In this document: positions 55,024 to 64,000 of the stretch, piece by piece
How positions within the stretch are numbered: the stretch's first letter is position 1
How the letters are laid out: every line of letters starts with the position of its first letter
Sequence record: OQ990040
Reading direction: 5' to 3' (one strand)
Source: Escherichia phage SUT_E520
DNA: 64,000 bases
The notes under the pieces: model-generated
What the model saw: the letters and a program-made list of their open reading frames with translations, nothing else
Told to the model about the DNA's origin: nothing
Databases searched by the model: none
Made by a program: the position numbers and the translations under genes

Positions 55024-58000
55024 TTAAGAATTTCCTAATGTTTTCAGACTAGCACCGTTCTCATTCAGAGCTAATTCTACTGCGTCTCTTAGAGCACTAC
55101 TATTACTAGAAGCAAACTCTCTAAAACTTGCAGCATCCATAGCACTAATATTCAAGATGATAGGTCTTCCTGAAGTTGAGTTAGATGAAGTTTTTAGCTC
55201 ATCATTAGGTGTAGCTTTCATAGGAATCATAGGGGTAACTACTTCTGTACCATGCTCACCCATTTGATAGCTAACCCCAGGGTACATATTACCACCCTCA
55301 GCACGAGGAACGAAAGAGTTAGCGCTACCTATACCTTGATCGCCACGAATATAAGACAGTTCACCTGCATTAGCAGACATGGACACATCTATATTCTTCT
55401 GACGTTCTCCTAAGGTTAGGTAACTAGTTGTATCCGCTCCAGAATCTGCAATACTTGACATACCAGATGCAGAAGATGCTTGAGCAAGAGCTAAGGCACC
55501 TGCCAAACCTGCCGCCACCATCAAAGGAATAGAGAACGGGTACGGTACAGCTGTCGCCGCTTGCATTACAGCTACTGCAGTTTGGATGATGATCTGCTTC
55601 TTAGCTGCGTCTTGTTGAATCTTCAACTTTTCAGCTTCTAGTTTCTTCAACTTAGCTTTAGATGCTTCTGATTTACCATCACGTTTCTGCTCTGCTGCAA
55701 TAGCCTGATCAATTGCACTAACCTGTTGACTAGTACTATATTGAATCATAGAGGCCACAGTCTGCATACCTGCTGCGATCGTGGAAGTAGTGTCTAAAGA
55801 CCCCATAGAGAACTGAATCATAGCATTGGTTAAATTACCCATGCTTTGAGCTACAGCAGTTGCTTCGGAATTTAACTCAGATAGTTTAGAAATTGCCTGA
55901 TCATAAGAAGCCATTCTATTTCCCATATCAGCAAAATCTTTATCTTCTCCAGATAGTCCAGTTGTAGGAGTGTACACAGCACCTAAAGAAGATCCAACAG
56001 AAGCTTGCATCTCCGCATTTCTCTGTGCCCTTAAACCTGCTAGTTGTGCCCTAGTTTCAGCTATCTTTTTATTATATTCCGCTTGTGCCGCAGCATTACC
56101 TAATGTTTTCTGCTTTAAGTCTTCATATAATTTTAGCTGTTCCTGTAAGCGCTCCGCATTTCCCATTAATGGTTTAGCAGTAAATTGTCTTTGCTGTTCT
56201 TCCTCTCTACCAGCAGCCATTGAAGCAATCTGATCTTGGCGGAATTTCCAGATTTCACGTTCAATTTGGGCTTGAGCACGTCTAGACTGTTCCGCCTCTT
56301 TCTGTTTATCAGCTTGTTTTGTATACCATTCGTACTTCTCTTTTTCAATGGTCAATTCAAGATTTAACTGTGCTAAACGATACTGAGTATCTGTCATAGT
56401 ACGGTTATTTAAGAGAGCTATCTCACGGTCTACACCCAGAATTTTATCTGTATAATCCTTAACTTTCTTCTGAGCTTCCATACCCTGATTGGTAAGCTTA
56501 AGTTTCTCCAGCTGAATTTTTTCAATCTCTTTCTCAACAGCTTTATTTCCCTGATTAGTTTGAAGTACACGGCGTAAAGCAGCCTCTTGCTCTTCTAACT
56601 GTTGGAGTTCTAAACGCCTACCGGCTTCCTGTGCTTTTTCTTTATCTTTAGTTTGGTTGTATACGTCAGCTATCTTCTGTTGAACTGCTAACTGGTTCTT
56701 AGTCTCATTACCGGTTAGTTTAACGTACTCAGATAAGGCCTGAGACGCAGTTTTCATTTCAGACAGAGTATTATAGCCTAGGTTAAGGTTTTTAACATAC
56801 TCGTCTGCACTTTTACCAGTACCTTGAGATAGTGATTCTATATTTTTTATAGCATCTGCTAAAGTAGCACTAGTCTTAGCAGCAGTATCTGTATTCTGAG
56901 CAACGTTCTGTATATCATTAGCTAAGTCACTAGCAGTTTTCTTAGTCTGATTATATGCCTTTTGTTGTTCAGTTAGTCCTTTTAATACAGTAGAGTTAAA
57001 ATCGTATACAGCATCAGGATCAGTAGTATCTCTCTGTAGATTAATCTGTTTCTGAAACTCTGGATTAGCTTTTGCAGCAGCAGCTCCAGCAGCCTGATAA
57101 GCTGATTTCCAAGCATTGAGGTTCTCTGTAGAATCCTCTACTTCCTTACCGAGTCTAGTTACTTGTAGACCCATAGCTGCGGTTTCTTCTACAAACTTTT
57201 TATTAGCTTCGGAAGCACCCGCGGCTGCAATACCAACAGGAATACCTTCACCAACTTGACGTATAGCTAGTTTTGTATAGAAATCTGCTTGTTCCATTCG
57301 TTTATCGAACTCAGATTTTAGCTTATTACGCTTATCAAGAGATTCCTTATACATATCTAGAGCTTTATTATAGCCTTCTTCAGAAGCAGCTAAACTTAAA
57401 GCAACAGCACCAACGTTGGTAGGGTCTATCTGTCTATTAGTTTTTTCTTGAGCTCTAGCTGCCTCAGCAGATATAGAAGCCTGAGATGTATAAAATACTG
57501 TGTTGATAGCATCAATTACTGGCCCTAAATACTTAGCAGCAGCTTGTTGTATTTTTCTTAGTGCAGCATCTGCATTAGCAGCAAATTGCTCCCATGGAGT
57601 TGCACGTAGTACTTCATCTAGATAGCCAAACCGTTTAGTAGATTCAGCAATTACTGCATTAGCATATGCTTGTTGCTTCTGGAAAGTGGTAAGACTATTA
57701 ACATTATATGTTATACCTGTGTTTGCAGCATTTAACTGTTTAACATAATCAGCGTATGCGTCATTAAGACGGATAGTGACACCAAGTTCATCCAGAAGTT
57801 CGATTTCTTGTTTAGATACGCCCTTAATTACACGGTTAAGTGCATCAGTCATATCAACGCCAAGAACAGCAGCCGCACGACGAGCTACTAAACCAAATTT
57901 ATTAAGTTGTTCAGCATCAAATCCATAAGCAGATGCTGAAGATGCCTGTCTCATTGCTTCCTCAAAAGAAATAGCATATCCAGCAGCTTCTTGTAGTGAT

Positions 58001-58704
58001 CTAGCAAGGGTCTGAACAGGAGTACCTGTCTGAGTACCTACTATAACACCAAATTTTTCTAGACGATTTAGCTGATCACCTAGTTTAAGTTGTTCAAATG
58101 CTGATTGCAAAACGAAGATGTTGGAAGCAAGAGCTGCGTACATAATAGGTAGACTACCACCGATCTTAGCCATTGCCGCAAAATCACGAGTTGCACCACG
58201 TGCTGAACCAGAGGTATTACCAATAGCTCTAGAAGCTCTACCAGCGGCACCAGCAGTGTCGTTAAAACCTCTAGCTGTACCACCTAATGCTCTATTAGTA
58301 TCGTATAATCTATCCTGGACTTTTTCTGTTGCAGCTGCAACATCATTACCCATTGTTTTAACAGATCTAGAAACTCCATCAAATCCAATTTCTAGTTTAT
58401 CTGTTACTTCAATAAGTTGGATAGCCAGGTAATCTAGCTTATCACCAATACCATCAATGGATTTAGTAATACCAGCCATACCCCTACTAGCTTGCATTTT
58501 AGTAAGACTTTTCGCTGCTCTGTCTGCTGCCCTCTCAATGGAATAAAGAGTTCTGGGCATTTTACCTAACTGCTCATTTGTCAGTTCGGAAGCAGCAGCA
58601 GCATTTTCCAACGCATCAGATACGTTTTCAATAGACTTTGCAGTACGAGTTGCCCCCTTCTGTTTAACGTCTATTAGTAATTCTCGTATTAGCTTATCAG
58701 TCAT
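55024..58704 (-). CDS. tail tape measure protein (T5 pb2-like)
   Basis: 1226-aa ORF with long coiled-coil regions and hydrophobic Gly/Ala-rich segments. Confidence 0.8.
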   Translation of the reverse strand: MTDKLIRELLIDVKQKGATRTAKSIENVSDALENAAAASELTNEQLGKMPRTLYSIERAADRAAKSLTKMQASRGMAGITKSIDGIGDKLDYLAIQLIEVTDKLEIGFDGVSRSVKTMGNDVAAATEKVQDRLYDTNRALGGTARGFNDTAGAAGRASRAIGNTSGSARGATRDFAAMAKIGGSLPIMYAALASNIFVLQSAFEQLKLGDQLNRLEKFGVIVGTQTGTPVQTLARSLQEAAGYAISFEEAMRQASSASAYGFDAEQLNKFGLVARRAAAVLGVDMTDALNRVIKGVSKQEIELLDELGVTIRLNDAYADYVKQLNAANTGITYNVNSLTTFQKQQAYANAVIAESTKRFGYLDEVLRATPWEQFAANADAALRKIQQAAAKYLGPVIDAINTVFYTSQASISAEAARAQEKTNRQIDPTNVGAVALSLAASEEGYNKALDMYKESLDKRNKLKSEFDKRMEQADFYTKLAIRQVGEGIPVGIAAAGASEANKKFVEETAAMGLQVTRLGKEVEDSTENLNAWKSAYQAAGAAAAKANPEFQKQINLQRDTTDPDAVYDFNSTVLKGLTEQQKAYNQTKKTASDLANDIQNVAQNTDTAAKTSATLADAIKNIESLSQGTGKSADEYVKNLNLGYNTLSEMKTASQALSEYVKLTGNETKNQLAVQQKIADVYNQTKDKEKAQEAGRRLELQQLEEQEAALRRVLQTNQGNKAVEKEIEKIQLEKLKLTNQGMEAQKKVKDYTDKILGVDREIALLNNRTMTDTQYRLAQLNLELTIEKEKYEWYTKQADKQKEAEQSRRAQAQIEREIWKFRQDQIASMAAGREEEQQRQFTAKPLMGNAERLQEQLKLYEDLKQKTLGNAAAQAEYNKKIAETRAQLAGLRAQRNAEMQASVGSSLGAVYTPTTGLSGEDKDFADMGNRMASYDQAISKLSELNSEATAVAQSMGNLTNAMIQFSMGSLDTTSTIAAGMQTVASMIQYSTSQQVSAIDQAIAAEQKRDGKSEASKAKLKKLEAEKLKIQQDAAKKQIIIQTAVAVMQAATAVPYPFSIPLMVAAGLAGALALAQASSASGMSSIADSGADTTSYLTLGERQKNIDVSMSANAGELSYIRGDQGIGSANSFVPRAEGGNMYPGVSYQMGEHGTEVVTPMIPMKATPNDELKTSSNSTSGRPIILNISAMDAASFREFASSNSSALRDAVELALNENGASLKTLGNS

Positions 58705-58715
58705 GTTTTATTTTT

Positions 58716-58752
58716 CCCAATAAAAAAGGCTCTGGGCAAATCACCCAGAGCC
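58716..58752 (-). terminator. intrinsic terminator with conserved CCCAATAAAAAAGG flank
   Basis: Hairpin GGCTCTGGG...CCCAGAGCC with T-run on the minus strand; same flank as the element at 63736. Confidence 0.6.
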
Positions 58753-58787
58753 AAGCCTCATCGTGGAACGCCCATTGGAGGAAACTT

Positions 58788-59156
58788 TTACCGTGCACGA
58801 GATCTAGCATGTGGCTTAACGTTAGGAATCCTTCCGTTTTGCGGTTTATGCTGCTCAGCACGCTTACGTGCAGCATCTACAGCTTTAGCATCAAATATAT
58901 TGATAATGTGTAGAACGAATTCTTTTTCTATAGGATCAGTAATCCCATAAATATCAAATAAAACACCTAATGCAGCCTTATCCTTACCTATAAAAATAGG
59001 GAAGTCACCCGGTATGAAACAGTCAATTAGACTGTTATAAATATTCATACTAATAGATACAATAGGTGGAAAATCTTCGAGTTCAACGGGCATAGCCTTA
59101 GGATCAGGCTCTATACCCATTGACTCGCAAAGTATTAAATATTGTTGTTTAGTCAT
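58788..59156 (-). CDS. hypothetical tail-region protein (possible assembly chaperone)
   Basis: 122-aa ORF between the tube/collar genes and the tape measure gene. Confidence 0.4.
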   Translation of the reverse strand: MTKQQYLILCESMGIEPDPKAMPVELEDFPPIVSISMNIYNSLIDCFIPGDFPIFIGKDKAALGVLFDIYGITDPIEKEFVLHIINIFDAKAVDAARKRAEQHKPQNGRIPNVKPHARSRAR

Positions 59157-59217
59157 TTTAGATGCTGAGCTTTTAATACATTTGTCTGCAAAATCAGCAA
59201 CAGCATCTAGGAGTTCT

Positions 59218-59622
59218 TTACGCTTTTGGGCTACGAAAAGTGTCTAAGTGGAACACTGTTTGGTTGATCCAAGAATCAAACGCAGCAGAGTTCTGCATAA
59301 GCATTACAGCATTATCGCGGCTAAAAGGAACTTCAGTAGCGGGATCAGCATCTGTTTCAATCAGCATCAGTTTTTCAACGTCACCTACAGTCAAACCAGT
59401 CCAACCTTTAATAGCTGCGTCAACAAATGCTTCAATGAACTTATCATCATCCTGCACTTGTATCAGTGTACCATTAACCCATTCGTCACGTTTAGCAGAA
59501 GAAATAACACGTTTAGAGGTAGCGCGAGACATATAGTTAAGTTCTAGTTTAAAGTTTGGCATACCTGGGTAGGAAAGAGTAATAGTACGAGTATCAAGAG
59601 TAATATCTTTTAAATTAATCAT
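59218..59622 (-). CDS. hypothetical tail-region protein (possible assembly chaperone)
   Basis: 134-aa ORF; 4-nt overlap with the upstream gene. Confidence 0.4.
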   Translation of the reverse strand: MINLKDITLDTRTITLSYPGMPNFKLELNYMSRATSKRVISSAKRDEWVNGTLIQVQDDDKFIEAFVDAAIKGWTGLTVGDVEKLMLIETDADPATEVPFSRDNAVMLMQNSAAFDSWINQTVFHLDTFRSPKA

Positions 59623-60518
59623 TTTTTAATTTCTCCAAAGAAATCTATTCTCACTGGGTCTGAAGAAGCAGTAGGTATAATATCCCACTCAACTCTATAC
59701 ACATCTGAGAAATCTAGGCGTTTTGTAATACGTGCTGAAGGAAAATCTATAGAAATATTATTATTTCTTATATTTAAAGGTACATCTACCTCTGGTTCGA
59801 CATTGTAAACCATATCTCCTGCAAAACGTTTTAAGTAATATAGAGAAATAGTTGCCGAAGCATTCATTTCATTTACATAAGCTCTTTTATTATTATAGAT
59901 TTTATTTATATCAAAAACACTCTTATCTTCTCTCCAAGAGCACTGCTGCTGGAAAGATAAAGAGGCAGAGATAAGACCTGGTAAGACGCTACCATTAGTA
60001 GAAGCTATTACTGGGCTATAAGACATTACTTCACCCTGTATAATAGAACCTGCTTCTCTATATGTAGATACTTCGGAAAATTTCCCCGATTCAATACCAA
60101 CATTAAGAATTGGTATGTTCTTATCTAAAGAAAAATCTACCGTAGATACATAACAGTTTTCAAAATATACACAGTTATTATCTTTATTTACTATATAGAT
60201 ATTGAACATAATAGGTTCAATATTATTACTATATAGTGGGAGTAAGAAAGTATTACCTTTTCTATCAAAACCTAACCATTCAAAGAAGTTAGCCTCAGTA
60301 AGAGTATTACTGAAATTTACTGCTAGAGAGATAGAAGAGGGGGTTTGAGCATTTATAATAGAGTCTGCATAGTTAGTTCTACGATGAACAGTCCTACGAA
60401 GAGTCTTGAATTCCTCGTAGGAAGTCTGTATATCATAGTTTGATAGGGCATCAAAATGAAATGCCCTACCATCATACTCAACTATAACTTTTGACTCTCT
60501 CATTAGAGAGTAGTACAT
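59619..60518 (-). CDS. tail collar / baseplate ring protein (T5 p140-like)
   Basis: 299-aa ORF directly downstream of the tail tube gene. Confidence 0.45.
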   Translation of the reverse strand: MYYSLMRESKVIVEYDGRAFHFDALSNYDIQTSYEEFKTLRRTVHRRTNYADSIINAQTPSSISLAVNFSNTLTEANFFEWLGFDRKGNTFLLPLYSNNIEPIMFNIYIVNKDNNCVYFENCYVSTVDFSLDKNIPILNVGIESGKFSEVSTYREAGSIIQGEVMSYSPVIASTNGSVLPGLISASLSFQQQCSWREDKSVFDINKIYNNKRAYVNEMNASATISLYYLKRFAGDMVYNVEPEVDVPLNIRNNNISIDFPSARITKRLDFSDVYRVEWDIIPTASSDPVRIDFFGEIKK

Positions 60519-60522
60519 TTAA

Positions 60523-61929
60523 TTAGCCACCAGCAGTAACTGTAATGCTCTTAGTACCTTCTACACCAGAACCGTCTTTAGCTACAGCTTTGACAGTAAC
60601 AGAACCTGTCTTAGTAGTGTCCGCAGTTAATAAACCAGATTCTGGATCAATTGTAGCTGCATCACCACTAGAAATAGACCAAGTTACAGCACTATTAGTA
60701 GCATCTGGCGGAGTTACTTCAACAGACATCTGTAGAGTATTACTGTTCTGTACTGAAGTAGCATTACCAACAGATTTAACTGTGATTGATTCAACTAGTT
60801 TTGGTGGAGTTTTAGCTCCATCTCCTGTAGCAATCAGATTAGCCACAGTGGTTTTAGTATACTTGTTAGAGAAACCAAGATAACCTTCATCACCAGTATC
60901 CAAATCTGTAGGGATAGCTTTAAACTCTACTGAAGTACCAAGTACATCATCAGTCTCAATAGTAGGAATGTTAACGTGAGCCTGTTTAGCAACCAGCACA
61001 GCTGCCGGACGTTCATCATCGTATTCACCACCAAGGATAAGTGCGATTTCAAACTTGTTAACTACCTTCAAGGTTTTGATAAGATCTTTGTACAGTTCCA
61101 TAGAACCAAGAGATTTATCATTTAGATAGGCAGTTAGTGAACCAGTTAATTCAAATGCACCAGTAAATGAACCGATCGGAATATTTACACGGGACATAAT
61201 ATTCGGGGTTAGGTACGTGATGTTGTTATTAATGGTGAAAGTACCACCAGTAATAGGGATATCATATGCCTTATCAGAATCCATATCCTTAATTTTCAGG
61301 ATAGTCAGTTTGTTCTTAATATAAGAACTCTGAATAGTCATATAAGTTTCATCATCAATACCTACAGTATCAGGATCAAATGGTTGCTCATCCAAAGGAA
61401 TAAGCTGGTTACCATTACCTGACCAAGTTACACGACCAATATCCTCAATATCAACGTTAACTTCTGCCTGGTTGATCTGGCAAGAGTCGATGTAACTCCA
61501 TGCTTTGTCAGTCAGGATGTAGATATGCAGCATTGCCAGTTCGTGGTACGCGTTATCTTTAAAGTTAACCATAAAATTGGTTTCGTTATTATGTGCTCCT
61601 GTGTCACCTTCTAGGTTAAGAGCTTTACCACTAGAAAGAGCGTGCCATAACATATAGTCAGGAACAATCTGTTTGTTAGTAGTTTTATCTTTATACGGAA
61701 GGATATAAGTAGAGAAACTCCACTCAGCCGCGTTTAAAGAGTCATTAAAACGTTTAGAACCACGAGTTGGACGCGGACCAGCTTCATTAACAGTAATATC
61801 TGTTGAGTTACTGTCCTGACCCCAAGAAATATCATCCTGAACTAGAATCTCTTGCGTGTTGGTCTTATTATGACCAGTCTTAACCGTAGACACGAAGATT
61901 CGAGTATTACGTAATAGTTGTAAAGACAT
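60523..61929 (-). CDS. major tail tube protein (T5 pb6-like) with C-terminal Ig-like domain
   Basis: 468 aa; C-terminal Ig-like segment KSVGNATSVQNSNTLQMSVEVTPPDATNSAVTWSISSGDAATIDP. Confidence 0.7.
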   Translation of the reverse strand: MSLQLLRNTRIFVSTVKTGHNKTNTQEILVQDDISWGQDSNSTDITVNEAGPRPTRGSKRFNDSLNAAEWSFSTYILPYKDKTTNKQIVPDYMLWHALSSGKALNLEGDTGAHNNETNFMVNFKDNAYHELAMLHIYILTDKAWSYIDSCQINQAEVNVDIEDIGRVTWSGNGNQLIPLDEQPFDPDTVGIDDETYMTIQSSYIKNKLTILKIKDMDSDKAYDIPITGGTFTINNNITYLTPNIMSRVNIPIGSFTGAFELTGSLTAYLNDKSLGSMELYKDLIKTLKVVNKFEIALILGGEYDDERPAAVLVAKQAHVNIPTIETDDVLGTSVEFKAIPTDLDTGDEGYLGFSNKYTKTTVANLIATGDGAKTPPKLVESITVKSVGNATSVQNSNTLQMSVEVTPPDATNSAVTWSISSGDAATIDPESGLLTADTTKTGSVTVKAVAKDGSGVEGTKSITVTAGG

Positions 61930-61955
61930 TTAATTATTTTCTCCTAATCTGTAAC

Positions 61956-62441
61956 TTATCTGCGAAGTGACCTACGTGGAGGCTGATACCTCACTGTTAC
62001 ATTTATTTCTGCTAAACCATATGGGGCCAGTAGACCCTCATCTGTACTAACTGATGTAATGATCATATCAGTTGCCTCACATGGGAAGGTCGATCCATTA
62101 GGTTTACTAACAGTATATTCTAAATTTCCACCTGTGTCAATAACGGTTTTTATATCCGCTACGAGTTTTTCAAGTTGCTCTTGAATGTCTGTTTTCTCTT
62201 TATCGTACACCAGGATTGGAAGTTCTAAAAACATCCACTGTTGGCCTGAAGGAAGATACTGCCCAGTTTCAGTTCCGATATGAACTGCCACATAAGGAAA
62301 CTCTCGTATTTCCTCAAATTTATAAGTTTGACGAGAAACGTTTCCATATAGGTTATTAAAATATTCGTCAGGTTGAGAACCGTCCAACTGTTTAGATATA
62401 CGGTCAACCAGAGCTTGTGCAATACTTGTTCTATGATCCAT
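61956..62441 (-). CDS. tail terminator protein (T5 p142-like)
   Basis: 161-aa ORF immediately upstream of the tail tube gene. Confidence 0.5.
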   Translation of the reverse strand: MDHRTSIAQALVDRISKQLDGSQPDEYFNNLYGNVSRQTYKFEEIREFPYVAVHIGTETGQYLPSGQQWMFLELPILVYDKEKTDIQEQLEKLVADIKTVIDTGGNLEYTVSKPNGSTFPCEATDMIITSVSTDEGLLAPYGLAEINVTVRYQPPRRSLRR

Positions 62442-62444
62442 TTA

Positions 62445-63212
62445 TTAGGTTCCTTGATTAACCTTGATTTTATATCTAGAGTGAATCAGGTCTCTTGCAG
62501 CTTTTGCTATAGCCTCACCAATAAGTTTTTGTGGGTTTCTAGCACCTGGGTAGGGTCGTAAAGATAATCTTCTATATGTAGATACTGCTGGATTAAATAC
62601 AGAATATGGACGTACCATATAATTATACGTCACGTTTAGTTCGGGGGCACCTTTACTAGTCTCTGCATCCCTAAGCATAACATCTTTAATTTTTAGAGAA
62701 TTTGCAAATCTACCAGTTCTAAACTTTAATGGCGCTCCTGCCTTTTTCATATCTTTTATCAAATATTCCTTAGCAACTATTTCAAGAATAGTACGCATAT
62801 TACTATTTGATACAAAACGACCGGAAGCACCTGTTACTGCACCAGAATAACCATCTTCCACATCTCTAGGATCACCGAAGTTTACCTGTACTCTACCTGT
62901 AGAACGTTTTTTACCTACAGCAGATTTTTTACCAGCGGTTGCTTGTATTAAGTTCTCTAGAGCACCTAAATCTCCCGAAAGATCTAAACTAGAGGATACC
63001 GCTTTTAGTATAGAGGCTGTTCTAACATCAAGAAGATCTTGTGATACGGGTTTTGAAAACTTAAAAGATACTTGAGCAACAGTACCATCTCTGGTAGGAT
63101 CTTTTAACCCTGTCTCAACAGAGTACACAACAGTATTCTTATTATTTTCAGATCGTCCTGCAGTATCTAGCTGCTCTTTAATAATTTGTTTAGCTAGATC
63201 GGAAAGAGACAT
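62445..63212 (-). CDS. tail completion / head-tail joining protein
   Basis: 255-aa ORF in the head-tail junction position. Confidence 0.4.
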   Translation of the reverse strand: MSLSDLAKQIIKEQLDTAGRSENNKNTVVYSVETGLKDPTRDGTVAQVSFKFSKPVSQDLLDVRTASILKAVSSSLDLSGDLGALENLIQATAGKKSAVGKKRSTGRVQVNFGDPRDVEDGYSGAVTGASGRFVSNSNMRTILEIVAKEYLIKDMKKAGAPLKFRTGRFANSLKIKDVMLRDAETSKGAPELNVTYNYMVRPYSVFNPAVSTYRRLSLRPYPGARNPQKLIGEAIAKAARDLIHSRYKIKVNQGT

Positions 63213-63724
63213 TATACTCTCCTGTATACTTCAATAATAGTACGAATATGCTCTGGAATACCAGACTTAGTGCTATTGAAGGTTACTGTTTCACCACCAA
63301 TTGTTTTAGCTTGGCGATAATCTTGTTTATGCCAATGATCTACTAGCATACACGCTGCTAACTTAAGATCTTCAGGCACTGGGTTAAATCCACCTTGTGT
63401 ATACGCTACGTCCATATAACCTTCTGGAGGATTAAATTTGAGAAGGATAATACCGTCAGAGTATAGTTTATACTGCTCTGGGTCAATCTCATTATCATTA
63501 ATCGTCACTTTAGTTACGGAGGTAGCAGATGGTGAACTCAGAAAATATTTCCTACGTGTAGGTTTTGTATTGATTAACTGGTCTACCGCATCAGCATCAT
63601 CCATGCCTAGAAGGCTCGTAATCAGCGCATTGGCAGCAGTAATCATCATTTCTACACCGGATTCTAGTTCAGGTCGCTTTAAGCTACCATATAATCTATA
63701 ATCTTCGGCTGTAATGATTTGCAT
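63212..63724 (-). CDS. head-tail connector / head completion protein
   Basis: 170-aa ORF with ATGA-type overlap to the downstream gene. Confidence 0.4.
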   Translation of the reverse strand: MQIITAEDYRLYGSLKRPELESGVEMMITAANALITSLLGMDDADAVDQLINTKPTRRKYFLSSPSATSVTKVTINDNEIDPEQYKLYSDGIILLKFNPPEGYMDVAYTQGGFNPVPEDLKLAACMLVDHWHKQDYRQAKTIGGETVTFNSTKSGIPEHIRTIIEVYRRV

Positions 63725-63735
63725 TTATTTTTCCC

Positions 63736-63762
63736 CAATAAAAAAGGAGAGCCGAAGCTCTC
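63736..63762 (-). terminator. intrinsic terminator with conserved CCCCAATAAAAAAGG flank
   Basis: Hairpin GGAGAGC-CGAA-GCTCTCC with T6 on the minus strand. Confidence 0.65.
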
Positions 63763-63785
63763 CTTATCGGCTGAAAAGCCTGTAT

Positions 63786-64000
63786 TAAGATGCAGCGTAA
63801 GCACCAGATACAACGCCGTTATTAAAGTAACGTTGCAGGTTAACACGCTGAGTAACGTAGTACGCATCACGCTGTTTACCAGCTTGGCGCTCACGTTCAA
63901 CAGTAACAGCACGCTGACGCGGCATTACGAAGTTATCTTTATAAACAATAACTGCGAACTCTGCAGAGTTAGCTTTAGCCGGGAAGAACTCAGAAACTAC
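63786..64000 (-). CDS. 3' end of a structural gene (partial; continues beyond window)
   Basis: Open minus-strand frame ending ...NNGVVSGAYAAS stop, with E. coli-optimal codons, followed by a terminator. Confidence 0.5.

Overview
This window reads as part of a T5-like (Tequintavirus-type) phage genome; all calls are by eye from the sequence and ORF track, with no database search run. Layout: (1) 1-17.7 kb, a minus-strand early block with the end of a tRNA cluster, nucleotide-metabolism genes (thyA, frd, nrdB, HNH endonuclease, nrdA, phoH, RNase H) and accessory genes (NADAR, CheY-like receiver, SleB-like hydrolase, SPFH, DexA-like exonuclease); (2) 18.0-45.6 kb, a plus-strand early block (nrdD, Sir2-like, HAD phosphatase, a large primase-helicase-like protein, PC4-like protein, split NAD-dependent ligase, DnaB-like helicase, primase, DNA polymerase, SF2 helicase, SbcCD-like nuclease, flap endonuclease, dUTPase); (3) 45.7-64.0 kb, minus-strand late tail genes (L-shaped tail fibre, p132, pb4, pb3, pb9, tape measure pb2, p140, tail tube pb6, p142). 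Early genes sit behind a repeated sigma70-type promoter module (TTGCTA/TTGCTT, 17 bp, TATAAT, then an ATAAATTTGAGAGG-like leader), with hairpin terminators between units. Eleven runs of exactly 100 N are present; eight are flanked by identical 77-bp duplications and are assembly-join artefacts that inflate several ORFs. The most unusual content is a plus-strand three-gene cassette of low-complexity Gly/Gln/Cys-rich proteins (897-2528) embedded in the minus-strand block, a stand-alone CheY-like receiver, a NADAR protein, a zinc-ribbon-less Sir2-like protein, and a large AEP-like primase plus P-loop NTPase protein behind a roughly 500-nt untranslated leader.
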